Assembly (NCBI GenBank): GCA_041082245.1
Contig: JBDOIE010000110.1
Location: 1,276-65,275, forward strand
Direction: 5' to 3'
Source of the DNA: Chloroflexia bacterium
Lineage (GTDB): Bacteria; Chloroflexota; Chloroflexia; DTKN01
DNA length: 64,000 bases
Part shown: positions 17,009-26,275 of the stretch, in pieces
Layout: each line of letters starts with the position of its first letter
How positions within the stretch are numbered: position 1 is the first letter of the stretch
Notes under the pieces: model-generated
Told to the model about the DNA's origin: nothing
The model's database searches: none
What the model saw: only the letters and a program-made list of their open reading frames with translations
Translations under genes and position numbers: made by a program

Positions 17009-17968
17009 ATGGCCAGGACATTGAGCGTCCTTGCGCTCTGTATGCTGCTCGTCGCCGCCTGCGGGCGGACTCAGCCGGCCGGGCCGGTACAGATCGGCGT
17101 GCGTACCGCCAACGACCATGTCCCGTTCTACATCGCCGACAAAGAAGCGCTCTACCGGCAGGTCGGCCTCGAAGCGACCGTGCGCCTCATCCCCAGCAAC
17201 ACCGAGATCGTGGAGGCGCTCCAGCGCGGCGACCTCCAGATCGGCGCGATCCCCGTGACCACCGCCATCACTGCGATCGACCACGGCGCGGACCTCCGGA
17301 TCGTCGCGATGACCGGGCGCGGCAGCGACGGTCTCCTGGTGCGCCGCGACAGCGGCATTACAAGCTGGGAAGACCTGAGAGGGAAACGCATCGCGACGAT
17401 CCGCGCCTCTATCCTGGACGTGCTCTTGCTTCAGGCGCTCGAAACACACGGCTTGGACCCCAGCCGCGACGTGACGCTTGTGTACTTCCAGAAGCTCGGG
17501 GATATGATCAGCGCCCTCAAGACGGGCCAGGTCGATGCTACCTCGAACACCGAGCCGTTTATGACCGACGCCGTCCGCCAGGGATGGGGCCATATCCTTG
17601 GGTACTACACCGAGCAGTGGCCGGACCATCCTTGCTGCGTGGTCGTAGCGCGCGGCGACCTGCTGAGGCAGCACCCGGAGACGGTCGAACGGGTGCTCAG
17701 GGCGCACATCCAGGCCGTGGAACGGGCGTGTACGGACCGCGCCTACGCCGCCCGGGTGATCGTGGAATACCTGCAGGCGTTCAATCCGGAGCTGGTAGAA
17801 GCCTCCCTGGCCCCGGAGAAGATGCGGGTGGACTATCACCTCACCCAGGAAGAGATCGCCCGTATGGCGGAACTGATGTACCGACAGGGGTTGTTGGAAC
17901 ATCCTCCGGAAGAGACCCAGTTCACCGACCTGGGTCCGCTCCAGCGCGTGATGGGGGAACAGAAATGA
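17009..17968 (+). CDS. ABC transporter substrate-binding lipoprotein, NMT1/THI5-like (SsuA/TauA/ThiY family)
   Basis: Lipoprotein signal MARTLSVLALCMLLVAACG. NMT1-like periplasmic binding fold. AAGGAGG RBS. Confidence 0.8.
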   Translation: MARTLSVLALCMLLVAACGRTQPAGPVQIGVRTANDHVPFYIADKEALYRQVGLEATVRLIPSNTEIVEALQRGDLQIGAIPVTTAITAIDHGADLRIVAMTGRGSDGLLVRRDSGITSWEDLRGKRIATIRASILDVLLLQALETHGLDPSRDVTLVYFQKLGDMISALKTGQVDATSNTEPFMTDAVRQGWGHILGYYTEQWPDHPCCVVVARGDLLRQHPETVERVLRAHIQAVERACTDRAYAARVIVEYLQAFNPELVEASLAPEKMRVDYHLTQEEIARMAELMYRQGLLEHPPEETQFTDLGPLQRVMGEQK

Positions 17969-18744
17969 AGCGTCAGGCGGAATGGCGTGGGGGCCTGCTC
18001 CTCGCGGTCCTGCTGATCGCTTGGGAGGTGATCCCCCGGCTGGGGTGGGTCGACCCGCTCCTCCTGCCGCCCTTTTCGCGCGTGGGCACCCGCCTGCTCA
18101 CGCTGGCCGTCTCGGGCGAGCTCGTGCAGCACGCCGCGGCGAGCCTGGGGCGGGTGCTCACGGGCTACGGCCTGGCGCTGGCTGTGGCCCTGCCCCTGGG
18201 GTTCCTCCTGGGGTTGAGCGAGCCGGCCGAGCAGTTTGCCCGCCTGACGGTACAGCTCCTGCGGCCGCTTTCTCCCCCGGCATGGATCCCGCTCGCCATC
18301 CTCTGGTTCGGCATCGGCAACGCACCGGCGATCTTTATCATCTTCGTGGGGACATTCCTCACCCTGCTTACCGGGACGATCGCCGCCGTACGGGGCGTAG
18401 ATCGGCGCCTGGTGCAGGCGGCACGCACCCTGGGATGCAGCCGTCGGAGTGCCATCCTGCGCGTGGTGCTGCCCGCGGCGCTGCCGGAGCTGCTCACACT
18501 GGTGCGCCTCGGGCTCGGGCTGGCTTGGATGTGCGTGATGGCTGCGGAAATGGTCGCGGTTTCGCGAGGGCTGGGTTTCCTGATGCTGGAAGCCCGCAAT
18601 CTCTTCCGCACCGACACCGTCCTGGCCGGCATGCTCACCGTGGGGTGCCTGGGACTGCTCCTGGACGGGATATTGCGCCTTGTGCAGGCGCGCCTCCTGC
18701 GGTGGCAGGTCGGGAGGAGGGCCTATGAAATGCCTGGAGATTGA
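17965..18744 (+). CDS. ABC transporter permease (SsuC/TauC-like, BPD_transp_1)
   Basis: MKRQAEWRGGLLLAVLLIAWEVIP... Six TMs. ATG overlaps the SBP stop (ATGA). The ORF's upstream 127 aa are trimmed. Confidence 0.8.
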   Translation: MKRQAEWRGGLLLAVLLIAWEVIPRLGWVDPLLLPPFSRVGTRLLTLAVSGELVQHAAASLGRVLTGYGLALAVALPLGFLLGLSEPAEQFARLTVQLLRPLSPPAWIPLAILWFGIGNAPAIFIIFVGTFLTLLTGTIAAVRGVDRRLVQAARTLGCSRRSAILRVVLPAALPELLTLVRLGLGLAWMCVMAAEMVAVSRGLGFLMLEARNLFRTDTVLAGMLTVGCLGLLLDGILRLVQARLLRWQVGRRAYEMPGD

Positions 18745-19465
18745 GGCCCTCTCCAAGGTCTACCCCGGCCCGGACGGGCCCATCGAGGCGATCCGGCGCG
18801 TGGACCTCGCGGTGCGCGAAGGCGACTTTGTGGCGATCGTGGGGCCCAGCGGGTGCGGCAAGAGCACGCTCCTGCAGATCGTTGCCGGGCTCGAGCGGCC
18901 GACGAGCGGTCGGGTTCTGTTCCGGGGCCAGCCGGTTCGCGGGAGCAGCCACGAGCGCACGCTGATCTTCCAGGAGAGTGCCCTGTTCCCATGGCTCACG
19001 GCCCAGGGGAACATCGAGTTCGGCCTGCGCAACCTGGGCCTGGCGGCGGCGGAGCGTCGGGCCCGTGCCCGGGAGGCGCTGCGGTGGCTCGGGCTGGAGG
19101 CGTTCGCCGGCCTGTACCCGCACCAGCTGTCCGGGGGGATGCAGCAGCGCGTCGCGCTCGCCCGGGCTCTGGCGGTCGATCCCGCCCTGCTGCTGATGGA
19201 CGAGCCGTTCGCCGCCCTGGATGCCCTGACCCGCCGGCGCCTGCAGGAGGAGGTGCGCCGCATCCAGGAGGAACGCCGGCAGACGGTGCTGCTGGTCACC
19301 CACAGCGTCCGGGAGGCGCTCTCCCTGGCCGACCAGGTCGTCGTGCTGAGCGGCCGGCCGGCCGTGGTTCGCACGACCATGCCCATCCCGCACCCGCTCT
19401 CTCCCAGCGCGCTTGTGGAGTGGGAGGAAGCCATCCATCGCTACCTGATGGATGAGTTGTGCTAG
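18725..19465 (+). CDS. ABC transporter ATP-binding protein
   Basis: MKCLEIEALSKVY...GPSGCGKSTLLQ...LSGGMQQRVALARAL...LLMDEPFAALD. Walker A/B and the ABC signature. Confidence 0.85.
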   Translation: MKCLEIEALSKVYPGPDGPIEAIRRVDLAVREGDFVAIVGPSGCGKSTLLQIVAGLERPTSGRVLFRGQPVRGSSHERTLIFQESALFPWLTAQGNIEFGLRNLGLAAAERRARAREALRWLGLEAFAGLYPHQLSGGMQQRVALARALAVDPALLLMDEPFAALDALTRRRLQEEVRRIQEERRQTVLLVTHSVREALSLADQVVVLSGRPAVVRTTMPIPHPLSPSALVEWEEAIHRYLMDELC

Positions 19466-19500
19466 AATGGCCGGTGACGGGCTTACGAAAGGAGGTCGGC

Positions 19501-20262
19501 ATGCGCCTCGCAGGTAAGGTAGCCCTGATCACGGGGGGCACGTCGGGCATCGGCCGGGCCACGGCGCTCCTGTTCGCGCGAGAAGGTGCGCGGGTAGCGA
19601 TCGTCGGCCGGAACGAGGAACGCGGCCGGCAGGTCGTCGAAGAGATCCGCGCAAACGGAGGAGAAGCGCGCTTTGTGCCCGGTGATGTCCGGGTGGCCGA
19701 CGATTGCCGGCGCGCGGTGGAGGAAACGGTGCGCGCCTTCGGCCGGCTGGACATCCTCTTCAACAACGCCGGGGTTTTCGTCCCGAACACCGTGGTGGAG
19801 TGCAGCGAGGAGGAGTGGGATCTCCAGCTGGACGTCAACCTGAAGGGCGCTTTCCTGATGTCCAAGTACGCCCTTCCGGTGATGATTGCCCAGGGTAGCG
19901 GGGTGATCATCCACAACGCCTCCGGCTGGGGCCTGGTGGGAGGCGATCGCGCGGCCGCGTACTGTGCCGCAAAAGGGGGGCTTGTGCTCCTCACGAAGGC
20001 CATGGCGATCGACCACGGGCCCCAGGGGATCCGCGTGAACTGCGTCTGTCCCGGGGACACAGACACCCCGATGCTGCTCGAGGACGCCCGCATGCGGGGG
20101 ATGTCGTGGGATGCATACCTCGCCGCAGCATCCAACCGGCCATTGCGACGGATCGGCCGACCGGAGGAGGTGGCGCAGGCCGTGCTGTTCCTCGCCTCCG
20201 ATGACGCGTCCTACATCACAGGCGCCGTGCTCGCCGTCGACGGCGGAGGTACGGCCGATTGA
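19501..20262 (+). CDS. SDR-family short-chain dehydrogenase/reductase
   Basis: MRLAGKVALITGGTSGIGRA...NNAGV...YCAAKGG... TGxxxGxG motif and the YxxxK catalytic motif. AAAGGAGG RBS. Confidence 0.85.
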   Translation: MRLAGKVALITGGTSGIGRATALLFAREGARVAIVGRNEERGRQVVEEIRANGGEARFVPGDVRVADDCRRAVEETVRAFGRLDILFNNAGVFVPNTVVECSEEEWDLQLDVNLKGAFLMSKYALPVMIAQGSGVIIHNASGWGLVGGDRAAAYCAAKGGLVLLTKAMAIDHGPQGIRVNCVCPGDTDTPMLLEDARMRGMSWDAYLAAASNRPLRRIGRPEEVAQAVLFLASDDASYITGAVLAVDGGGTAD

Positions 20263-20284
20263 CAGCCGGAATCAGGAGGTCGCC

Positions 20285-20716
20285 GTGTCCAGGCCAGAAC
20301 AGGCGGTAGCGCTCTTCGAGGCGGGCGCAAACTGCGCCCAGTCCGTCCTTTCCGTCTTTGCACCGACATACGGAATCGAACCGGGGCTTGCCATGCGGAT
20401 CGCCGCCGCATTCGGGGGCGGAATGGCGAGGACCGGGGAGGTATGTGGGGCCATCAGCGGCGGTCTGATGGTGATCGGGCTGCACTGCGGACCGGACCGG
20501 CCTGCGGAAGAGGAAAGGGACCGCTGCTACGAACTGACACGCACCTTTCTCCAGCGATTCCGGGAAAAAGAGGGCGCCCTGCTCTGCCGGGAGCTTCTGG
20601 GGTGCGAGATCCTGACCCCCGAAGGGAGGAAGCGCGCCCACGAGATCGGGCTGATCCAGAAGCGCTGCCCGGGTTTTGTCCGGCGCGCGGTGGAGCTGCT
20701 GGAGGAGTTACTGTAG
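20285..20716 (+). CDS. C_GCAxxG_C_C family redox-active protein
   Basis: VSRPEQAVALFEAGANCAQSVLSVFAPTYGIE...GEVCGAISGGLMVIGLHCG...C-terminal CPGF. GTG after CAGGAGG, 20 nt after the SDR stop. Confidence 0.6.
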   Translation: MSRPEQAVALFEAGANCAQSVLSVFAPTYGIEPGLAMRIAAAFGGGMARTGEVCGAISGGLMVIGLHCGPDRPAEEERDRCYELTRTFLQRFREKEGALLCRELLGCEILTPEGRKRAHEIGLIQKRCPGFVRRAVELLEELL

Positions 20717-20724
20717 CCGGGAAA

Positions 20725-20756
20725 AGCCTCCGGGCGCGCGGCCCGGAGGCTTTATC
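20725..20756. terminator. bidirectional terminator hairpin between convergent genes (12-bp stem AAGCCTCCGGGC/GCCCGGAGGCTT)
   Basis: aaagcctccgggcgcgcggcccggaggcttt is flanked by T/A runs on both strands, between the 20716 (+) and 20777 (-) gene ends. Confidence 0.45.
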
Positions 20757-20776
20757 CACGGATGAGGCGGTCGTCG

Positions 20777-21412
20777 CTACGAGCCGATCAACGCCCGCGC
20801 GACCTCGACCGCGGTCGCGGCGTCCGGCGCGTAGGCGTCGGCACCGATCTCACGGGCATAGGCATCCGTCAAAGGCGCGCCGCCGACCATCACTTTAACC
20901 CTGTCCCTCAGGCCTGCGCTCCGGAGTGCCTCGATCGTATCGCGCATCCGCACCATCGTCGTTGTGAGCAGCGCGCTCATCCCCACGATCTGCGGCCGAT
21001 GCTCTTCCACCGCGGCCACAAAGCGTTCCGGCGCGACGTCGGTCCCCAGGTCGATTACCTCAAAGCCGGCGCCCTCGAGCATCATGCGGACAAGGTTCTT
21101 GCCGATATCGTGGAGATCTCCCTGCACGGTCCCGATCACGTACGTGCCGATGCGCGGCACCCCGGTCTCGGCAAGCAAGGGCCGCAACACGGCCATCCCG
21201 GCATGCATGGCCCGCGCGGCAACCAGCACCTCAGGGACAAATAGCTCCCCGGCCTTAAAGTCCCGCCCGACACGGTCCATCCCTGCGATAAGGCCGGAAA
21301 GCACCTCCGCCGGCGAGTGGCCGCGTCCAAGGGCTTCCTGCACCAGCGCGGCAACCTCGGTGTGCTTTCCCTCGTACAGCTTTTCGGCGATTCGTTCCAG
21401 GATCTCCGACAT
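20777..21412 (-). CDS. corrinoid (B12-binding) protein of methyltransferase systems (MtbC/MttC/MtgC-like)
   Basis: MSEILERIAEKLYEG... N-terminal B12-binding_2 helical domain, then ...GTVQGDLHDIGKNLVRMMLEGAGFEVIDLG (DxHxxG cobalamin-binding motif) and the Rossmann B12-binding domain. Confidence 0.85.
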   Translation of the reverse strand: MSEILERIAEKLYEGKHTEVAALVQEALGRGHSPAEVLSGLIAGMDRVGRDFKAGELFVPEVLVAARAMHAGMAVLRPLLAETGVPRIGTYVIGTVQGDLHDIGKNLVRMMLEGAGFEVIDLGTDVAPERFVAAVEEHRPQIVGMSALLTTTMVRMRDTIEALRSAGLRDRVKVMVGGAPLTDAYAREIGADAYAPDAATAVEVARALIGS

Positions 21413-21445
21413 CGAGATGACCTCCTCACTGTAGGGAACGTCGTG

Positions 21446-22666
21446 TCAGGATCGGATCACTTCCCCCTCGCGGACGACGAGCCGCACCCGGTCGAGCGCC
21501 CCGATGTCCGCAAGCGGATCCCCTTCCACGGCGATCAGGTCGGCCAGCTTGCCGGGCTGTAGCGAACCGATCTCGTCCCAGCCCATAGCCTGGGCCGGCC
21601 AGAGCGTTGCCGCCTGGATCGCCTGCATCGGGGAGGCACCGTATGCCACAAGCCAGCGTACCTCGTCGGCCATCGCGGCAAAGCGCACACCGCCCAGCCA
21701 GGAGTCCGTGCCGGCCGCGATCTTCAACCCCGCCTGGAGAGCGCAGGCCATCGAGGCATGCTTCTTCTCCCGGTATTCCAGCGTTTCCTCGTATTCCTTC
21801 TGCGCGCGCCGGGCAACCTCCGGATCGGGATCGAAGCGCCGTCGGTCGCACCACTTCAGGTACTCCTCGCCGATGTTCAGCGTGGGCACCCAGGTGATCC
21901 CCCGGGCAGCTGCCAGTTCGATCTCCTCGGGCGAGGGAGTGCCATGTTCGAAGGTATCCACACCGGCCTCGATCGCCATGCGCTGGGAGGGCGGTTTGGA
22001 GGTATGGCAGGTCACCTTCTTCCCGAGCCGGTGCGCCTCGTCGACCGCGGCGTTCAGCTCTTCCTGTGTCAGGTCTGCCCCGTTGTTCGCCAGTTTGATG
22101 AAATCGGCCCCTGCCCGCACCTCCTCGCGCACCGCGCGCCGGAAACCGTAGGGGCCGTCCGCCTCGTTCGCCAGGCCAGGAAGGTAATGCACATGCCCAC
22201 CGGTCGGGACGATCAGCCGGCCGGAAACGTACACCTTGGGGCCCGGGATGCGCCCCCGTTCGATCGCCCGCTTGACGTCGAACATGATCTGGTCCACCGA
22301 GCCGGTATCCCGCACGGTGGTGATCCCGGCCCAGAGCGCCTCGCGCAGCCGCTGAGCAGCGACCAGGGCGATCATGACCGGGGAGTAGACGAGGGCGTTT
22401 TCGGGCTCGTAAGTGTAAGTGGCAGAGTCGGGTTCTTCCCAATAGTAGGTCGGGTGGACGTGCATGTCGATCAACCCGGGAAGGAGGCACCCGTCCGGGT
22501 ACTCGAGCACCCGGGCTTCGGGCGGCGGAGTGGGCGCACCGGCCGCCGGACCGGCGTAGACGATCCGCCTGCCGGAAACGGCGACTGCGCCGGGCGATAT
22601 GGCAGGGCCACCCAGCCCGTCGATCAGCCAGCGCGCGCGCACGAGCAGCGTGATCGGTTCGCTCAT
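21446..22666 (-). CDS. amidohydrolase-family metal-dependent hydrolase
   Basis: ...LLPGLIDMHVHPTY... (HxH), ...KVTCHTSKP..., ...AAGTDSWLG... The amidohydrolase_1 metal ligands. ATG overlaps the upstream MttB-family stop (ATGA). Confidence 0.8.
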   Translation of the reverse strand: MSEPITLLVRARWLIDGLGGPAISPGAVAVSGRRIVYAGPAAGAPTPPPEARVLEYPDGCLLPGLIDMHVHPTYYWEEPDSATYTYEPENALVYSPVMIALVAAQRLREALWAGITTVRDTGSVDQIMFDVKRAIERGRIPGPKVYVSGRLIVPTGGHVHYLPGLANEADGPYGFRRAVREEVRAGADFIKLANNGADLTQEELNAAVDEAHRLGKKVTCHTSKPPSQRMAIEAGVDTFEHGTPSPEEIELAAARGITWVPTLNIGEEYLKWCDRRRFDPDPEVARRAQKEYEETLEYREKKHASMACALQAGLKIAAGTDSWLGGVRFAAMADEVRWLVAYGASPMQAIQAATLWPAQAMGWDEIGSLQPGKLADLIAVEGDPLADIGALDRVRLVVREGEVIRS

Positions 22667-24165
22667 AGGGCACCTCCCGCGCGGGCATCCGCCTCCGCGA
22701 CGATCGCCCGCAGCGTTTCCTGCACCTGGGGCGGGAGAGGCTTCGGTTCGTGGGAAGCCAGAATCGAGCGCGCGAACTCACGGGCGTTCCGCACGGCATC
22801 CGGCCGGCCGGCATCCACCCAGGCAGCATAGGCCCGCCGATCGAACAGGCGCGGGTACCACACCTCGCGGTAGTGGCGCGCCGTGTGCGGCGACTCAAGG
22901 AAATTCCCGCCCGGGCCCACCTCGTGGATCACGTCCAGTGCGAGCGTCTCGGGGGTGATCTCGATCCCGCGGAGCAGGCGGCGCACCAGCCCGATCACCT
23001 CGTTCCCCAGGACGATCATCTCGTAGGAGCAGGTCAGGCCCGATTCGATATAGCCGACATCGTGCACGAGGTTCGCGCCGGAGAGGGCGGTCCAGAGGAT
23101 CCAGAGCGCGCTCTCGACCCCGGCTTGCAGGTCGGCCGCTTTCGAGTCCGAGCAGCCGGCAAACCCCCACACCGGCAGGTGGTAGTAGTAATGGGCCAGT
23201 TCTGCCATCGCCATGCAGTGGAGCATGAACTCGGGACCCGCGTAGACGCCCACCATCGTGCGCATGTCGAGCGGGCCGCTCCCCGAGCCCCACACGAACG
23301 GGGTTCCCGGCCGACGCAGCTGCGCGATGACCAGGCCGCTCAGCACCTCCGCGTTGGCCATCGCCAGGCTACCGGCCGAGGTGACCGGCGCCGAAGCCCC
23401 TTCCAGCGGCCCCGGCGCGTACACGAGCGGCAGGCCGTGATCCGCCATACGGAGCAGCTTCCGCAGCACAACCTCGGAGTGACGCAAAGGGGAGGAGGGT
23501 TCCAGGTAGGCCAGGAGGAACGGCTTGAGAGCGAGCTCCCGGGGCCCGCCGGCGACTGCCTCGGCCATGGCGATGATGTCCGCAAGGCCCCGATCGTCCC
23601 ATGCGGTGAACACGATCGGCTTGACCGTGTTTTCGAGCATCGCCAGGAACGAGTGACGGTCCGCGGTTTCGGCCGGCACGTCTGACGGGAGCGCCATCGA
23701 CATGACAAAGTCGAGGTGGGGGAGGGCATCCGTCAGGCGGGCCGTCTGCGCGACGTCCGAAAGGCGCGAAGGCCGGCGCTCTCCCGTCTCCAGGTCGATC
23801 GTGTTCGGCAAGTCCGAGCCGGTGCCGAAGTAGCAGCGATGCCCTTCGAGAAAGGCGCGTGGCTCGCCGGTGCGGTCGCACAGCACCACGCGCGAGGGGG
23901 CGCGCTGCAACGCCTCTTCCACCACCGCAGCAGGGAACCGCACGAGCGTCTCGTCGCTCACGATGCAGCCGGCTTCCTGGAGCAGGGTGCGCGCTTCGGC
24001 CTCGTACACGCGTACGCCGGTACGACGGAGGATTTCGAGCGAGGCCAAGTGGATCTCCTCCAGCTGGGCATCCGAGAGCATCCGAAAGCCGGAGGGGCGA
24101 GGGCTCACCGGTTCGACGGAATCCGAGAGCCCCGGTTTCCTGGGCGAGAGCGGTACGTTCGACAT
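22663..24165 (-). CDS. MttB-superfamily (non-pyrrolysine) quaternary-amine:corrinoid methyltransferase (MtgB/MtpB/MtcB-like)
   Basis: MSNVPLSPRKPGLSDS...RMLSDAQLEEIHLASLEILRRTGVRVY... TIM-barrel MttB family. The ORF is uninterrupted, so there is no in-frame UAG. ATG (M52 of the ORF) after GAGGAGG. Confidence 0.85.
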   Translation of the reverse strand: MSNVPLSPRKPGLSDSVEPVSPRPSGFRMLSDAQLEEIHLASLEILRRTGVRVYEAEARTLLQEAGCIVSDETLVRFPAAVVEEALQRAPSRVVLCDRTGEPRAFLEGHRCYFGTGSDLPNTIDLETGERRPSRLSDVAQTARLTDALPHLDFVMSMALPSDVPAETADRHSFLAMLENTVKPIVFTAWDDRGLADIIAMAEAVAGGPRELALKPFLLAYLEPSSPLRHSEVVLRKLLRMADHGLPLVYAPGPLEGASAPVTSAGSLAMANAEVLSGLVIAQLRRPGTPFVWGSGSGPLDMRTMVGVYAGPEFMLHCMAMAELAHYYYHLPVWGFAGCSDSKAADLQAGVESALWILWTALSGANLVHDVGYIESGLTCSYEMIVLGNEVIGLVRRLLRGIEITPETLALDVIHEVGPGGNFLESPHTARHYREVWYPRLFDRRAYAAWVDAGRPDAVRNAREFARSILASHEPKPLPPQVQETLRAIVAEADARAGGAL

Positions 24166-24182
24166 CGGACCTCCTCTAGAGC

Positions 24183-25151
24183 CTATTGTAGCCGCACACG
24201 CGGGTCGATCACCGCGTAGAGCAAGTCCACGACGAAATTCATCACCACGATGGCCACCGCGGCGAAGGTGATCGTGCCGACGATCACCGGCACGTCCAGG
24301 TTGCGGATGGCGCGCCACATCTCGAAGCCGATCCCGGGCCAGGAAAAGACCGCCTCGATGAGCACCAGGCCGCCCAGGTAGTAGGCAAGGTCCATACCGA
24401 TCATGCTGACGATCGGCTGGATCGCGTTGCGCAGGACGTGGCGAAAGAGCACCGCCGTTTCGGAAAGGCCCTTGGCACGGGCCGTGCGCACGAAATCGGC
24501 CTGCAGGATGTCCAGCATGCTGGAGCGGAGCATCCGCGCGTACCAGGCGGCACCGGCCAACCCCAGGGTGATCGCCGGCAGGATGAGATGTTTGAAACTC
24601 CCGTGGCCCCCCAGCGGCAGGATCGGCCAGCGGTAGCCAAAGAGGTAGAGCAACACCAGCCCGAGCCAGAACGAGGGCGCGGAGACGCCAAAGAGCGCCA
24701 GCAGCATCGCCGTGCGGTCCCAGATGCTGCGCTGCTTGTAGGCAGAAACGATACCTACCGGGATGCCGAGTACCACCTCCACGATCACACCGGAAACGGC
24801 CAGTTGCGCGGTGGCGGGGATCCGCTGGGCGAGGATCTCGGCCACGGGGCGCTGCTGGTAGTAGGAGGTGCCCAGATCTCCGTGCAGCAGGTGGTTCAGG
24901 TAACGCAGGAATTGCGTATCGACCGCGCGCGCCAGGTCTCCCGCGAAGAGCGCCCCGAGGTCCAGGAAAAGGGGACGGTTCAGGCCGAGGTGTTCACGGA
25001 TGAGCTCCAGCGTTTCAGGACGGGCCCGAGGGCCGGCAACCGCACGCGCCGGGTCGGCCGGGATCATATAGGCGATGACAAAGGTCACCACCAGGATAGC
25101 GCCGACCACGAGCAGCATACCGAGGAAGCGGCGGATGATGTAACGGACCAT
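24183..25151 (-). CDS. ABC transporter permease, DppB/OppB-like
   Basis: MVRYIIRRFLGMLLVVGAILVVTFVIAYMIPADPAR... The canonical DppB N-terminus and the BPD_transp_1 core. Confidence 0.85.
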   Translation of the reverse strand: MVRYIIRRFLGMLLVVGAILVVTFVIAYMIPADPARAVAGPRARPETLELIREHLGLNRPLFLDLGALFAGDLARAVDTQFLRYLNHLLHGDLGTSYYQQRPVAEILAQRIPATAQLAVSGVIVEVVLGIPVGIVSAYKQRSIWDRTAMLLALFGVSAPSFWLGLVLLYLFGYRWPILPLGGHGSFKHLILPAITLGLAGAAWYARMLRSSMLDILQADFVRTARAKGLSETAVLFRHVLRNAIQPIVSMIGMDLAYYLGGLVLIEAVFSWPGIGFEMWRAIRNLDVPVIVGTITFAAVAIVVMNFVVDLLYAVIDPRVRLQ

Positions 25152-25160
25152 CGGACCCTC

Positions 25161-26084
25161 CTACCGGCGCTGCTGCGGGTCAAGGGCGTCGCGTAGCCCG
25201 TCGCCCATCAGGTTGAAGCCCAGTACGGTCAACATGAGCATGAACCCGGGGCTCAGGATCAGCCATGGGGCGCTGCGATAGTAGGTCTGGCCTTCGCTGA
25301 TCATTCCGCCCCACGAGGCGGTAGGCAGGCGGATGCCCAGCCCGAGGTAGGAGAGTTCCGCCTCCATGAGCACCGTGCTCGCCACGCCCAGCGTGGCATA
25401 GACCACGGCGACGGACACCAGGTGCGGCAGGATATGGCGGGTCAGGATGCGCCACCGGCTGGCGCCGATCACCTGGGCGGCGAGCACGAACTCCATCTCG
25501 CGCAGCGACAGGACTCGCCCGTGCACGATCCGGGCGAGGTAGACCCAGTACACCAGGGCGATGATGACGATCAGGATGTCGATCCCGGGCCGCAGGACCG
25601 CGCCGAGAGCGATGGCCAGCAGCAGGGTGGGAAAGGCCATCATGACGTCCGTCAGGCGCATGAGCACCGTCTCCACCCATCCGCCGAGGAAAGCGGCCGT
25701 AGCCCCGATCAGCAGAGCGATGATCACAGCGAGCCCATTGCCGACAATCCCCACGAAGAGCGAAACGCGCGCTCCCCAGATGAGCCGGCTGAGCACATCC
25801 CGCCCCAGGTGGTCCGTACCCAGCCAGAAGGTCCGGCTGGGAGGCAGCGGCGCTCCGACCGCTGTGAGGCCATGGGGGTGCTGCCAGTTGGGGTCGTAAG
25901 GGGCGATCCACGGCGCAAAGATGGCGAGGACGATGAGGATGACACAGATCACCGCCCCCACGATTGCTGCGCGGTCCCTCTTCAGTCGGCGCCATGCGTC
26001 CGACCAGAGGGTGTTGACGCGCTCAACCTCGCGCTCTTTCCCCCATCGAGGCCTGGCTTTCTCCGAGACGTCCGTGCTGTCCAT
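25161..26084 (-). CDS. ABC transporter permease, DppC/OppC-like
   Basis: ...LWSDAWRRLKRDRAAIVGAVICVILIVLAIFAPWIAPYDP... The DppC-type N-terminus and six TMs. Confidence 0.85.
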   Translation of the reverse strand: MDSTDVSEKARPRWGKEREVERVNTLWSDAWRRLKRDRAAIVGAVICVILIVLAIFAPWIAPYDPNWQHPHGLTAVGAPLPPSRTFWLGTDHLGRDVLSRLIWGARVSLFVGIVGNGLAVIIALLIGATAAFLGGWVETVLMRLTDVMMAFPTLLLAIALGAVLRPGIDILIVIIALVYWVYLARIVHGRVLSLREMEFVLAAQVIGASRWRILTRHILPHLVSVAVVYATLGVASTVLMEAELSYLGLGIRLPTASWGGMISEGQTYYRSAPWLILSPGFMLMLTVLGFNLMGDGLRDALDPQQRR

Positions 26085-26275
26085 CGCTTCCTACCAGTTC
26101 GTCCTGCCGGGCATGGCCGCTCGAAAGCGGGAAGGGGACGAGGGTACATCCCTCGCCCCTTCCCTTTCCCCACAGGACTGGGGTCCGATACCCTATCCCA
26201 TGGTGGGCCCGCACATCCTCCAGAACTTGCCCGGACAGAGAGCGGCATTGCCTCTCCCTGCGCGGAAAGGTGCTG

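Noticed and set aside
22663-24165. Pyrrolysine (in-frame amber) in the MttB-family gene
   Set aside because: The reading frame is continuous with no internal TAG, so this is a non-Pyl MttB-superfamily member.
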